Below are positions 12,411 to 26,100 of a stretch of 64,000 nucleotides of DNA, one piece after another (the stretch's first letter is position 1; each line of letters starts with the position of its first letter). A model generated the notes under the pieces. The model saw only the letters and a list, made by a program, of their open reading frames with translations. It did not search any database and had not been told where the DNA came from. The position numbers and the translations under genes were made by a program. This DNA is from Octopus sinensis (lineage: Eukaryota). The stretch is from positions 56,358,001-56,422,000 of the forward strand of contig NC_043013.1 in assembly GCF_006345805.1 (NCBI RefSeq), written 5' to 3'.

Positions 12411-14451
12411 ATCTGAATTTTTCTTTTCATTTTTTTTTTCTTGCATGCTGTCATGATTTCAGATATGACAAAAGGAACGGCAATACAGCTTCCCTCCCGC
12501 TTATCTCTCCTTCTTTTGCTCTTTCATTGTCTCTTTCCTCAACCCCTCTATTTCTCTCTCTCTTCCCCTCCCCATCTCTCTCTCTCTCTCTCTCTTTGCC
12601 ATAGCTACCGTTGTTCAGAGATTGACAGCTTGGATACAAAATATATTTTAGTTCAAATCCCATCTAAGTAGGATTAACTACTCCCTACACACACATGCAC
12701 ACACACACACACACACATGCATGCTCACACACACACGCGCACACTCACACACACACTCACACACACACTCACACACACACTCACACACACACACACTATA
12801 ACTCAAGCATATTGGTTCCTCACAAAACCTGTAGCAGGTTCCATTCTGTACATGGAAGAAATCATTATTTTTTCTTTTAAAAAGAATAAAAAAATTAAAC
12901 AAATATACAAATAATTTTTTCTTACTGAATGATGTTTAAATAATCTAAATATATAAAATGTCAAGTCACATGTCAATTTTTGTTGGTTGAATTCTGCCTT
13001 TCTGTGATGATGGTAAGAGAAAGTATTGGCTATGCTGAAAAAGGAGAAAGAGACAAAAAAGAAGAATTATTAGAAGTGAATTAGATTGATAAATAAATAA
13101 GTAGGTGAGAGGGAAAGAAATAGGTCCCTAAAGGAAGACAAAATGAAGCACAAGAAAATGGGGTAAGAACTGAAGGAAAGATATCAAAAATTACTGAAAA
13201 CATCATATTTGCCAGGTACTTGTGTTAAATAACTGAGGTACAGTAGCAGTGAGTTTAGGTGTTGGACCACTGGACAGCTATAACTACTACAACTAATGTA
13301 CCACATCTCTGAGCATTAACTTTCAGTTGTTTACAGTAAGGAGAAAGAACATGTTTCACTCAAATATTTTCAAGATCAGTTGTGAGAATAGAATGCTGGA
13401 GTTATCCCCCCTTTCTCTTTTAAACTGATTTATATTTTCTTTTTCTTCTCATTTCAATGAGTATATTAACTAATTAATGCTTATTTGCATACTTCAGTAA
13501 TTATGCTACTAATTACTTCACTAATTATAAAGTCAATGTGATTTCACAAGTGGAATGTTCATCAATGAAAGTGATGCCAAGACCATTCTATGGGATAGTC
13601 TGTTATTTACAAGATAAGACAGACTGGAATCGTATTTGTTTATATCCCAGAAACAGCTGAGCTTCTCTTACAGCACAGAAGTATTTTGGTCCCTGCTATT
13701 GAAACATGGAGAAACTGCTCCTACAACATAGAAATATATTGGTGCTTCAAAATCCCAAATAATAAACAAATATATCAGTTCTTTTGTTGCTTTCCATGCT
13801 TAGTCAACCAACCTGCCAAAAATAGCAGCTATATCCACCTCACATCGAATCCTACTATTTTCAGAAAAATGTCGGACATATTGAATATGGCCATAGATAA
13901 ACTGCACTGGTAAAGAAAACTGACGAGATGGTCAAAACTGAAAGTACTTTTGAGCGGAGCTGACCGATGGCAACTTAATAACAGTGAGTGCTCTGTTTTG
14001 TCTCTTTGTGCTAAATATTTGCAGTATATTGTAGAGTATCACTGTGATGTATGCTTTGTAATATTTTATCAAATCCTGACAGCATCTGTGATGGGATGAT
14101 AATCTGCTAATCCGTAAGAAAGGAGGCCTTACAAGGCTTTGATTCTCTTGTTCTTCTTAGCTTCATAGGATTATCTGTGAATGTATTTTGAGAGGATTCA
14201 AAACTGAAAGCCATATCTTCTTTTAATATTCATACATGTTGCTGACTAATAAATAAAGTTCATTGGCTGAGAACATATTTCAGATTTTTGACTCAATGAG
14301 AAAATCAATCACCAGATAAAGATTTTCAATAGATTATATTATAATATGAAATAAGTGAAAAAAAATTAAATCTATTCTCATCAGCATCATCATCATCAAC
14401 ATCATCTTTTCTATTATTATTATTATTGCTGTTGTTGTTAAAGTGTTGAAC

Positions 14452-14660
14452 TAGCAGAATTATTTGCACCTTAGACAAAAGGCATTGTGGCATTCTTTCT
14501 GGCCCTTTACATTCTGGGCTCAAATCCTGCCGAGGTCAACTTTGCCCTTCATCCTTTCAGGGTCAATAAAATAGAGTACTGGCCAAGTACTGGGGTTGAT
14601 GTAATCAACTTTGCCTCTGTCTTGAAAATTGCTGGCCTTGTGCCACCAAAATTAGAAAGA
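14452..14660 (+). mobile_element. SINE family A, short-tail
   Basis: tctgggctcaaatcctgccgaggtcaactttgcc..ctggggttgatgtaatcaac..ccttgtgccaccaaaattagaaa. Confidence 0.85.
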
Positions 14661-14749
14661 TTGCTATTGTTGTTATTGTTGTTATCATTATTAATGTGCT
14701 GGTTTGGTTATGTGCATGGATGAAGACAGCTACATAAAGAATTGCCAAG

Positions 14750-15195
14750 CTTTAATTGTGGAGAGAGTCTGTGGAAGTGGTAGCCCCAGGAAGACATGGG
14801 AGGAAGTGATGAGAAAAGATCTTTGGAAGCTGGGCCTCACTCAGGAAAGGACAATGGACTGGGAGTTGCAGTGATTTGCTATTCTTGAGCAGTGTCAAGA
14901 CAAGTAAAACCATCATCATCTGTACACACAGGTGTGTCCTTTACAGGTATCGGGGCCACATAAAAGGCACTTGTGCTGGTGGTGCATAAACATACCCTTG
15001 CCAAAGGGACATAAAAAGCACCCAGCACACTCTGTAAAGTGGTTTGCATTAGAAAGGGCATCCAGCTGTAGAAACCATGCCATAACAGACAATTGGAGTC
15101 TGGACACGTCCCTGGCTGCCGGCTCCTCTCAAACTGTCCAACTCGTGCCACTGTGGAGAGCAGATGTTAAATGATAATTATGAAGATGATGATAA
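14750..15195 (+). mobile_element. RTE LINE 3' fragment
   Basis: ggaagtggtagccccaggaagacatggg (GRPRKTW-like), then the shared 3' UTR aaaagcaccc..gggcatccagctgtagaaac..gttaaatgat(GAT)n. Confidence 0.8.
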
Positions 15196-15209
15196 TGATT
15201 AATATCATT

Positions 15210-15410
15210 AAGGTGACAAGATGACAGAATCGTTGGCATTGTGGGCAAAATGCTGAGTGGCATTTTGTCCATCTTTACATTCTGTGTTCAAATTCTGCTG
15301 AGGTCGACTTTACCTTTCCTTATTTCAGATAAAAGTAAATACCACTGAGGTTGCTGTAATCAAGTTATTCCCAACTCGAAATTGCTAGCCTTGTGCCAAA
15401 ATTTGAAACC
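15210..15410 (+). mobile_element. SINE family A, short-tail
   Basis: aaggtgacaagatgacagaatcgttgg..gttcaaattctgctgaggtcgac..ccttgtgccaaaatttgaaacc. Confidence 0.85.
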
Positions 15411-16245
15411 ATCTTCTTCATCATCATCATCAACATTATTATTATTATTATTACCATTATTGTTGTTCTTATTATTATTCATGTGCATAAATGTTTTAGA
15501 TTCAGAATCAATGGCCTTGATACTCAGATCACAGCCACTTTCTTTAGATATTGAGGACCTTTATTACAGTCTTTGCTGTTCTCAAAAGAGCAGTTTCTGA
15601 ATGTATTATCTATCTCTCTATATATAAAACTGACGATGTGCATGTGTGTGTGTGTGTGTGTGTGTAAAGGCACAGAACTTCTGAAGTTTAAAACTAATTT
15701 TCTCCATACTGGGAACATACATTACTTTTGTTCCAGAGATGATTTTAGACTCTTAAACATTTTCGCATAATGAGTAATGGGGCCACTGGGGGCAGAAAAC
15801 CCACTTTCCTGGGGTGCATATGACTGCCCATATGGTCCAGGCATTGCTTCTGTTCAAAGTGGGAAAAACAGCTACTGAAATGATATAAGTAGGTTGTATT
15901 AAATGGATGAACCGATCTAGACTCCAGACTACATTGATAGCCTGTTCCTACAGTACCATAGGTAGCAATTTGTTTGAATAAAAACCGTTTGGAACACACC
16001 ATGTTCATTATCAAAAATAAGCTAAAATATGTTTAAATCCTGAGCGTATTTTCTTTAATAAACATGGGCCTGGAATCTTTCAAACAAATGCATGACAAAT
16101 CACTAAGACAAATTAGCCCCTCATTTACACCACAAATGTTTTGTCATCAATGCTGCACTTCTCTGTATCACATGTTTTGACTTAACTGTACCATATATAC
16201 AAACTAGGACATCTAAATCCCAAGCAACGCCGGGTATGTCTGCTA

Positions 16246-16278
<33 letters not shown>

Positions 16279-16629
16279 GTTATTATTTCAAACTGATTTC
16301 GTTTTAATAACTTCTTTTCACATCATAGTGTAGTCTTTTCTGCTATGTTTGTTTTCCAATTAAATAATCAAAGAAGCACATCTTGTAATCTCTAAGAGTT
16401 TATAATATTTAACACCATGAAGATATTTTGAAGTATGGATTAAAACTAAACATGAAGCAGAAGACATCTTTTTTGTGATAAATGGAACTGGTGACATTTT
16501 CCCACTTTTGTTTTGCCAAATGAACTCAAGATAAATCAAAAACATGCAGCTGATCATTTTTGTTGTTATATTGTATTTACATATCATGTGATATCAATAT
16601 TATACAATCAACCTCCATTTGCATACAAT

Positions 16630-16646
16630 CATATATACATGTGTAC

Positions 16647-16685
<39 letters not shown>

Positions 16686-16937
16686 TGCATACACATACAC
16701 ATGCATGTACGAACACACACATGCAAGTGTGTGTGTGTATCTGTGTGTATGATGTATTTTTGTGTGTGTGAATTTTGAAATAAATATTGAAATGGCGTTG
16801 TTGATATTCTTTATTGAAAAATTCTTATAGACATCTCGATATTTTATTGAGAATAAAAATATATATTTCAAACTCAACTATTTTTCACCTTCATTTTCTA
16901 CAGCTTTCCATTCAATCACCCGAATCCACACACACAA

Positions 16938-16970
<33 letters not shown>

Positions 16971-17170
16971 ATATATACATTCATACACACACATGCACAC
17001 TCTCATACACACACATGTATAATATACGTAACTATATATATACATACACTCAAATACATACACATAATATATGTATATCTATATACATACATACACACAC
17101 ATATATATATGTATACACACGCACACACGCACACACATACACACACACACACACACATACACACATAGCA
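16630..17170. repeat. (TA)n/(CA)n microsatellite cluster
   Basis: Directly visible. Confidence 0.9.
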
Positions 17171-17289
17171 AACAGCTTTTATTTTTAAAATATTGTATTG
17201 CAAACATGACTATGTTCTAATTTGATCTTTATTAGGAATGCTTTCTTGTTGCTGTGTATATTACATTTGAGACAATAAAGTTATTAAAT

Positions 17290-17600
17290 TGATTACTATC
17301 ATCAACGTTTCCAGGCTCTCTCAGCCTCATCTTCAGGATGTGACATTGTTTTGGCTTCTGAGCTGCCCTTTCCATTTTAACTGCCTTTTATATACACAGC
17401 TCTTGACTGTTTGGGCATTAGTGTTCTACATCACCAGATTTGCCTTTGTGATGTGTGTATGCTGTTTGCTTTTTATTATAGCTCTGTTTTGTGACACTAG
17501 TTTTGCTTCTAGAAACAGTCTTCTGTTTCTATGGAGTATTCTAATGCAATATGGAAGTATTTTCTGTGAATGTTTTTCTTTGTAGCACACATTATGAGGG
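17290..17600 (-). mobile_element. Penelope-like element 3' remnant with degenerate HHR
   Basis: ORF 17426-17704 contains IRILHRNRRLFLEAKL (PLE GIY-YIG C-terminal-like). Downstream lies CTGAAGA-TG-AGGCT-GAGAG-AGCCT-G-GAAACGTTGA (17302-17336). Confidence 0.55.
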
Positions 17601-18431
17601 GAAGAGGAAGCAGTTTCTTCATTTAAGAGAGAGAGAGAGAGAATATATATTTCATTTTCAGACAAAGAGACAGCATTAACATCAGATACAATGTTTTTCC
17701 TCAAGGCATAAACTTATTAACTTTAAAATTTTCCATTTCATAATGTTGACCAAAGAACTTTCACTCTCAGCTAACAAGTAGCAACAATGCATGCCTTGCT
17801 TGTTTTGACAACGACCAACCAATTGTTGTTAACCTGAACTACCAATGCCATGAATTAACATATAAGGGATTCAGTATTCCACCAATATGTGTACTTCTAA
17901 CTTATTATTTCTACGTTTGAATCTGTGAGTTACAACATGTGAGAAATATGTCAATCTGATACAGCATCCATGCACAAAATTCCACTCACCTGTCTTTTAT
18001 CAATGAATGATGCTCTGCAATATTGTTGAGCCCAGGATCTCATGTTTGTAAATCAAACCATTTAAACACTCAGCCGAATCTATCACCACACCAACAATAA
18101 ACAGAATTAAAATAGGAAAGAATTCATTCTGTCCCTTACTGATACTTAATGAGGATTATAAATATGGAAGCTGAAAGCAGAGATGACATTTGGTTTGCAA
18201 TTAAATTTCATCTGTGGATAAAATTAGTATATGAAATTAATTAATACATAAAACTCAAAGAACAGAATTGAGATTGCTTTAAATGAAAGCAGCCACCTGC
18301 GCATCATATCTAATGTATTGCCTCACTCTGATGCATTTTGTGATTTAATACAACCTGTCTGTGAAGACATTTTACTGTCAAACGAAAAACACATCATGCC
18401 TTTCAATGCTCCTCCTCCTCCTCCTCCTAAT

Positions 18432-18640
18432 CATCATCATCATCATCATTAAACATCTGTTTTCCATGCTGGTATGGGGTGAGTTGTTTGACAGAAGCTC
18501 ACAAGGCCGAGGGCTGCACCAGGTTCTACTCTCTGTATTAGGTTGGTTTCTACAGCTGAATGCCCTTCCTAATGCCAACCACTTTACAGCATGTAGTGGA
18601 TGCTTTCATGTGGCACCAGCACTGACAGGGGCCACCAACT
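18432..18640 (-). mobile_element. RTE-type 3' tail fragment
   Basis: (CAT)n-taaacatctgttttccatgc..tttctacagctgaatgcccttcctaatgccaacc. Confidence 0.8.
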
Positions 18641-19137
18641 ACCTTGCAAAACAAAACCCCTCTCAACTTGGGATGGGGCAGTGCTATTGAGAGGCGGTGG
18701 TCATATGGCCAGTGGAGAGATTAAAGGTATAAAGTGACAGAGATAGGTTTGTTGCTTTGGAGTTGATACCCTGTATCTGTTCCAGTTGGAAAAGAAAGGA
18801 ACATGTGCAAGATAAGGAGAGCAATAGGGAGAGAGAGATGTGTTAGGGCATGCTGCCCTGAAAGGATATCGGTAGGGGTGAGAATATTCGTTTTTCATTT
18901 TTTAAAACTTGTTTCAGTCATTTGACAGTGGCCATGCTAGAGCACTGCCATTTATTGGAATAAATCAACCTGAGGACTTTGTAAGCCGAGTACTTATTTT
19001 ATCATTATCCTTTTGCTGAATCACTAAGTTATGGGGATATAAACACACCAACATCAGTTGTCAAGCGATGGTGGGGGGACAAACACACACACACACATAT
19101 ACATGCATACATATATATATATATATATACCGGAGTA

Positions 19138-19278
19138 AGCACATAAATGTGAAACAAGGTGGAAAAAAGAGTACTCAAATACCAGAGGTAGAGTAATATG
19201 CTTTATTTAAAAGCAGCAAAAATATAACAAAAGCTGTTACTCGGAGTTTCATGTTCCCATTCATCGGACAGTTTTGTT

Positions 19279-19280
<2 letters not shown>
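19138..19280 (-). mobile_element. ~145-bp HHR-carrying element (probable PLE-derived)
   Basis: Non-SINE sequence inserted within the (TA)n of SINE B; it contains the HHR fold listed next. Confidence 0.6.
19228..19276 (-). ncRNA. Minimal type-I hammerhead ribozyme motif (U4C variant)
   Basis: CAAAACTGT-CCGATGA-ATG GGAA CAT-GAAA-CTCCGAG-TA-ACAGCTTTTG. Stem I is 9 bp with one bulge, stem II is 3 bp with a GNRA loop, stem III is 3 bp, and the cleavage site is GUA. Confidence 0.75.
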
Positions 19281-19316
<36 letters not shown>

Positions 19317-20356
19317 TGAGGGAATATTATTCCAAACTTACAGGGAAAATATATATATATACGGTGGGCTTCTGTAATAGCAGACACTTGCCCATGCAGT
19401 GAGACTGAACCTGGGACGAACCATTTTGTTGAAAAGCAAACTGATGGCATATTATGTAGAAGAGAAAGTCGCATTGGAGATAGACATGCAAAATTTGAAC
19501 AGAATAAAATATGGATGGAATATAAAAACAACCTAAAGATGAAAGGTGCCTCAGTGGTGAGATGCTGCACTTTATTATTGGTAGCATGTAGTGCTGATAA
19601 ATGATAACATTACCTTTGCCCTTCGGATGTCTTGAAGTACCGATTTTTTATAAATTAATATTTATGCAAAACTAAATGTAGACATGCATTCGTTGCTGCT
19701 CCCCCACAATTCTCCCAGCAGTAAATAGAACAACATTGCTATCTTTAATTTAGCAGCTCCGGTCTATGTACTTGGAGTAAGTTTCTTAAAAGCATTTGAC
19801 GATAAATGCCACCAAGAATCACCAACATATCTATTTTGGCAAAAATTCTCAAAAAGATCTATATTTGTGTATTTATATATTCTGATTTTTTTTTTTATTT
19901 CTGTTAGTTTGTTTTGGTATTTGTTTATTTATTGCCTCAGATAACCCATTTGATCTCTTCTCAGAAAAATTTTAAAATAGCATCTTCCAAAATATCATGG
20001 AAAATTTGGTTTCGTCTTGAGCATAACTTGGAAGTGATGTGGACATTTCTTTCTCAATGAAAGGTCATAGCAAAAACTAAATGTTTTCTTGTAAAATGCT
20101 GGATTCTTCTCGAAGCAGTGGCTTTTATGAAATCTCCTACATGATTCCATTATTTATTGACAAAATATTTTGACAGAGCAATTTTTTTTATTGCCAATAA
20201 AATAAAAGTAAATATTTTTGTGGAAACTAAGAGAAAAACATAGTAAAGCTGTATGGAGTGGGGTGGGGGAGAAGTGAGAATGGCTTCTTGTAGTTTCAAT
20301 GCATATTACGTATAGCGGCATCTAGAGTAGCTTCCAAGTTTATATGTTTTAATATA

Positions 20357-20436
<80 letters not shown>

Positions 20437-21549
20437 TACACCTATCAATGTGTCTATTTATCTATTGACCCATGAATTCACATGTGCATATATCTTTGCA
20501 GGAATAAGTATGAATATAATAATAATAATAATAATTATAAAAATAATAATAATGTTCTTAGCAAGAAATGAAAACAAAATTGAAAGAACAAAATCTCATA
20601 ATAATAATGCATAATAATAAAGCCTCTCTCTATCTCTCTCTTTCTCTCTGTATCTAACTATCGAAGTGTGAATATATATATATATATGTTTATATAGTTG
20701 AAGTTTACAGAGAAACAAAAGACGAAGACAGGTGTATAAGCAACAAGCATCTATATGTATACGTAGATGCATGAATATGCAGACACAAATATATACAGGT
20801 ATAAATATATATATATATATATATATATACATGCACAAACATACACACACAACACACACAATGCATGCACACACACACACACACGATTGTCAGTATGCTG
20901 GAGTCTGCCATTCATTTTGAGAAAGAAATGTCCAATAACTCAGTGAAAGGAACTATGTTTCTTTTTGTTCATTGAATCATACAATGTTAGGGGCTGAGTA
21001 TACCACAGGGCCATGTATCCTTAATTTCATTTTCAAACTCGCACAGCCTGATGGTATTTCTGCCAAAGCTACCTTGTCAAACTATTGAAAGACTCCATCT
21101 GACAGGCTTCCTTACAATTTCCCTCAGACTGTATTTCACTTACAAACCTCGAACCAACCTTAGGATATGGTAGAAGATATTTACCACACTGTGATCGAAC
21201 TCAGAACCTAATGGTTGAAACTACCCATCTCACAAAGCACCCACATAATATCCACAGAAATATTGTGCATTATATTCACATCCTGTGACATATTCTTTTC
21301 TGGGTTCCCCTTCTTCTAACCCTAATTTCTTCATTTTGGCAGTTATACATCTTTGTTCTTCTTCCTTACTAAACCCCCTTTGCCTTGTCATCTGATCTCC
21401 TTCTCACTTTTCATTACCATTTCTGTATCTGTCACTCAGTCTTCCTAAACAAACTTTTCTCATGTTTCCTTAAAGAACTCTTAGACTCAAATCTGGTCAC
21501 AAAAGTAATGTAGAATATTCAATACATTTAAATCAAATACTCTTTACTG

Positions 21550-21745
21550 TTTTTACTTGTTTCACTCATTTGACTGCAGCCATGCTGGAGCACCGCCTTT
21601 AGTCAAGCAAACCAACCCCGGGACTTATTCTTTGTAAGCCTAGTACTTATTCTATCAATCTCTTTTGCTGAACCGCTAAGTTACAAGGATGTATACACAC
21701 CAGCATTGGTTGTCAAGCGATGTTGGGGGGACAAACACACACATA

Positions 21746-21750
<5 letters not shown>
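21550..21750 (-). mobile_element. SINE family B 3' half
   Basis: tttgactgcagccatgctggagcaccgcc..ctaagttac..gtcaagcgatgttgggggacaaacac. Confidence 0.88.
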
Positions 21751-21779
<29 letters not shown>

Positions 21780-21782
<3 letters not shown>

Positions 21783-22100
21783 CAAGTGTCTTCTACTATA
21801 GCCTCGGGCCAACCAAAGCCTTGTGAGTGGATTTGGTAGATGGAAATTGAAAGTAGCCTGTCATATATATACATATATATATATATATGTTTGTGTGTCT
21901 GTTTTTGTCACCCCCACCATTGCTTGACAACCAATTTTGGTGTGTTTACATCCCCTAATCTAGCAGATCGGCACAAGAGACTGATAGAATAAGTACTAGG
22001 CATACAAATAATAAGTTTGGGGGTTGATTTGTTCAAGTAAAGGCAGTGCTCCAGCATGGCCCCAGTCAATTGACTGAAACAGATTAAAGAATAAAAGAAT
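21780..22100 (+). mobile_element. SINE family B, 5'-truncated at the CORE-like motif
   Basis: Starts gggcaagtgtcttctactatagcc and ends gactgaaacagattaaagaataaaagaa; an extra tail copy lies at 22215-22255. Confidence 0.88.
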
Positions 22101-22151
22101 ATATACATACATATGCATATATACCTATACATACATATATATAGATATATT

Positions 22152-22206
<55 letters not shown>

Positions 22207-22286
22207 ATATTTGTATATGGCCACAGTCAAATGACTGAAACAATAAAAAGAATATATGTCACATACACATTTATACATTTATAGAT

Positions 22287-23151
22287 ACCTAGGTGACCAA
22301 GAGAGTAGTGGAGGGGTGGATGCTCCAAGAGTGTAGCTGCTAGAATAAGAATAGCCTGGGAACAGTTCAGAGAGCTCCTACTTCTGCTGGTAACAAAGTG
22401 CCTCTCACTTAGAGTGAAAGGTAGACAGTGTGATGCTTGTATGTGAACAGCCATGCTACACAGCAGTGAAACATGGGCCATGACTGCTGAGGACATGCAT
22501 AGGCTTGAAAGAAATGAAGCCTGTATACTTCACTGGATATGCAATGTCAGTGTGCATGAACAATAGAGTGTAAGCATCTTGAGAGAAAAGTTGGACATAA
22601 GAAGCATCAGATGTGGTGTGCAAGAGAGATGACTGCACTGGTATGGTCATGTGTTGTGTATGGATGAGGACAGCTGTGTGAAGAAGTGTCACACCCTAAC
22701 AGTGGAGGGAACCTGTGGAAGAGGTAGACCCAAGAAGATCTGGGATGAGGTGGTGAATGCTGGGCCTCACAGAGGCAATGGTAAGTGACCAAGACCTTTG
22801 GAGATATGATGCGCTTGAGAAGACTCTGCAAGCCAAGTGTGATTATTTCCATGACTGATGCCAGTGTTGCCTGACAGGCCCATTTAAAAGTACCCTTCAA
22901 TATGCTGTTGATGCCAATTCTGCCTGTCTGGCACCCATGCCAGTGGAACGTAAAAAGCAACATTTGAGCATGGCTAATGTCAGTACAGGTGGCATGTAAA
23001 GAGCACCCACTACACTCTTGGTGTGTTTGGCGTTAGGAAGGGCATCCAGCTCTTGAAACCATGCCAGAACAGACTGGAGACTAGTGCAGCCTCCTGGCTT
23101 GCCAAATTGTCCAACCCATGCCAGTATGGAAAACGGACGTTAACGATGATG
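22287..23151 (+). mobile_element. RTE LINE 3' fragment (decayed RT C-terminus + 3' UTR)
   Basis: tacctaggtgacc (YLGD), RIRIAW, SETW, WYGHV and GRP.K.W motifs with stops; tail ggacgttaacgatgat. Confidence 0.9.
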
Positions 23152-26100
23152 AGGTAGAGCAAGAGAAAGAAATCATACATACAAATATGTGAATTAATAA
23201 TGTAAAACTTTACCATTATTAACATCATCATCATCATCATCATCATACCAGTTTATAGGATCAAAACACTCTAAAGTTTGTCATTAATCATAAAAATTTA
23301 TAAACAAATATTTGTCCTCAGCAACATTTTTAGTCTCCATGGTAATGGCTACAAGTGTTTATACAAGTCAATTGACTATATATACATATGTATATTATAC
23401 ACGTGTTTGTGTATATATATCTGTGTGTCTGCATGGGAGGCACACACACACATGCTTATATAATTTAATGTATATCATCTAAAGTCCATCTTCAATTTTG
23501 GCAATGAGTTGGACAGTTTAATAGGATCTGAGGGGTCAGAGGATTGCGTTCTGCTCCAATGTTTGTTATTTCATGGGTTGTGTATGTGTGTGCGTGTGTG
23601 TGTAAATGTATGTATGATCCAAATAAGAAGACAACAAAGAAATCCTTTAACACATCTTTTATAATTCATTACAATTGTTTTGATACCAACTCTGTTTGCA
23701 AAAATCTAAAAGCGAAAATGTACATAATGTTTGTGGTTTTAAACATTATATAAATTTTCATTTTGAAGTTTTGCATAAACCTGTGTTGCAAGCAGAAATA
23801 ATTGTAATGATGTAATGAATCATTAACGATGTGCTAAACGATTTCTTTGTCTTCTTATTTAGATTATAATTTACTCTTTGCTAAACCCATATTATGTTGT
23901 GACCATCGTAAAACCATAATTTTCTACATTTGAAGAAATGTGGCATTGGTCTGGAACCAGACAGTTTTGATACCCCAGAATTTTGGTTGAGTTCTTCTCT
24001 AGAAATAACCTACCTTTATACCTTACTGGAACCGATAATATATATATAGTTATATCATCATCATCATCATCATATATATATATATATATACACATATATA
24101 TATATATATGTATATATGAATGTTTGTATATTCACACACATACACACACACACACTACTTCCTTAATATAAATGGAGAATTATACAACTTCAGACCTTTT
24201 TTATCACTCTTCAGACCTTGTATTTCAATCTGACCAGTATTTCTGCTGTTCGAGTGTCTTGATGTCCCCTAGTTTAGCTTTTATGTACATTTAGTTGGTC
24301 CAGTTACATTCCATATTCACCCAGGGTAGAAATCCTGATGCAGCTTTGTTCAAAATGGTACTCACGTAGGTGGGAGGAGAGAACTCACAGACATATCTGG
24401 ATGATTGGTTTGAAAAGGAAATATGTTGTAAGGAAATGAAAGAAAGGGCCTGAAAATATTAAGACAAGGTAGGGTAAGGTGCTTCCATTTGAAACAAGGC
24501 TCTGTGGGTTTGTAGCTTGATCCATAATGTTGTTTCTCGTTTGGAATTGAATTTAGAAAAGATTTATCTCTATTTATTTCATACCAGTGTTTATGAAATA
24601 GTTTGTTCCATCTATATTTAATGGGTGATCCAGTTGATAGTTTTCTGCCTGCATGTGAATTCAGTTGAACTAAAATAAGTTAATTTCACCACCGGGTTTA
24701 GTGATGCTACCCGACCTTATCAGCAATCACTCAACCTTTTAATGTTTACAGGGAATAGTTATTTGCTGTGTTTGGTGGGTAAACTTTTCTGTGTTTCTAT
24801 TAAGCCAAACATGCTGAACTTGATACATTTTTAATTCTATATTTAAGACAGCAAATCACTGGTTGTAATCACTAAGAGACTTCACCTGCTTCAAAAACGA
24901 TAGTTAAAACACTGCTAACATATTTATGTTTTATTTATTGAATATAAAACAACTCTAGAGATTAATAGTCTCGTTTTATAATAATTCTGCTTGTCATTGC
25001 ATTACTTCGCCCATCGGTAATAATGCTTTCATGTGATTAGAGAAAAACAGGGAGAAAGGAAAGAAGAAACAGAAAAAGAGGGGGGAGGGGGGAGGGGGAG
25101 GTGCCTATGACATGAGGTAGGGGGAATGTGATTGTAATGCCTCCATGTGATTAGGTGAAGGGAAAAAGGAGAGAAAAAAGGTGAAGAGCGAGAAAGAAAA
25201 AGAGGGAGAGAAAAGCGTCCATGATGTGAGGTAGGGGGAGTGTAATGTTTATTATGTGGTTATAAAAGTTAGTTGAAGGTAGAGGAGGAGAGATAGAAAT
25301 ATAATTTTAGCAGAGGGGTGGTGCTCTGATGGTGAGGTTAAAGAACGGCAGAGAGAGAGAGAGAGAGAAAGGAGGGATAGAAAAAAGAGAGAGAGATGAT
25401 GATGGTGGTGGTGGTGGAGATGAAGGTGGTGGGGGTGATGGTGGTGATGGTAGCAGTGGTGTTTGGATGATGAAAAGTGTATTTTTTTAATTGAACTAAG
25501 TTTTTTTATATATTCCGTATCACTTAACGCATATTCATAAGTGCAATTCCATGAAATATTCCTGCTTATTTACATGGCAGACATATGCAATTTAACTAAA
25601 GGTTGTATCATATGTACAGGATATATTTTTTTTGTTCATGGGGAAAATGGAAAACTAAGAATATTAATTTTATGAGTGTTGTGTATTAAGTCTATAAAAT
25701 TGTGCATAAAGTATATAAAGTGTATATATAAAGTAATCATCGTATTCCAATTTCTTTCACTTTTCAATGATTAGCAGATGAGCAGCAACTATCTTTCCAT
25801 ACAGACACAACACGGGGATATGCTTTCAGGTTTTTTTGGATAAAGTTTTCAGAAATAACCCAATAAGTTTACCATTAATTCTATGAAATATTCACACGTC
25901 CTGTTAGTGAAGTAATAACATGTATTTATATAGTTATGAAATATTCACAGGTCCCATTAGTTTTAAAAATTATTCCAGGATAAAACTTGTTATATTTTTT
26001 TTTTCAGATTTCAGAGTTAAAGGGTTTTGTATCTCTAGATATGAAAGAAATGTATGTGAAAGAAAATTCAAAGTTGAAACCAAAAAGACAAACCTTTGAC

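Larger units (their letters stand above)
18905..19445 (-). mobile_element. SINE family B split by an insertion in its internal (TA)n
   Basis: 3' half at 18905-19135; 5' half (cagacacttgccc..gactgaacc) at 19360-19445. Confidence 0.75.
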
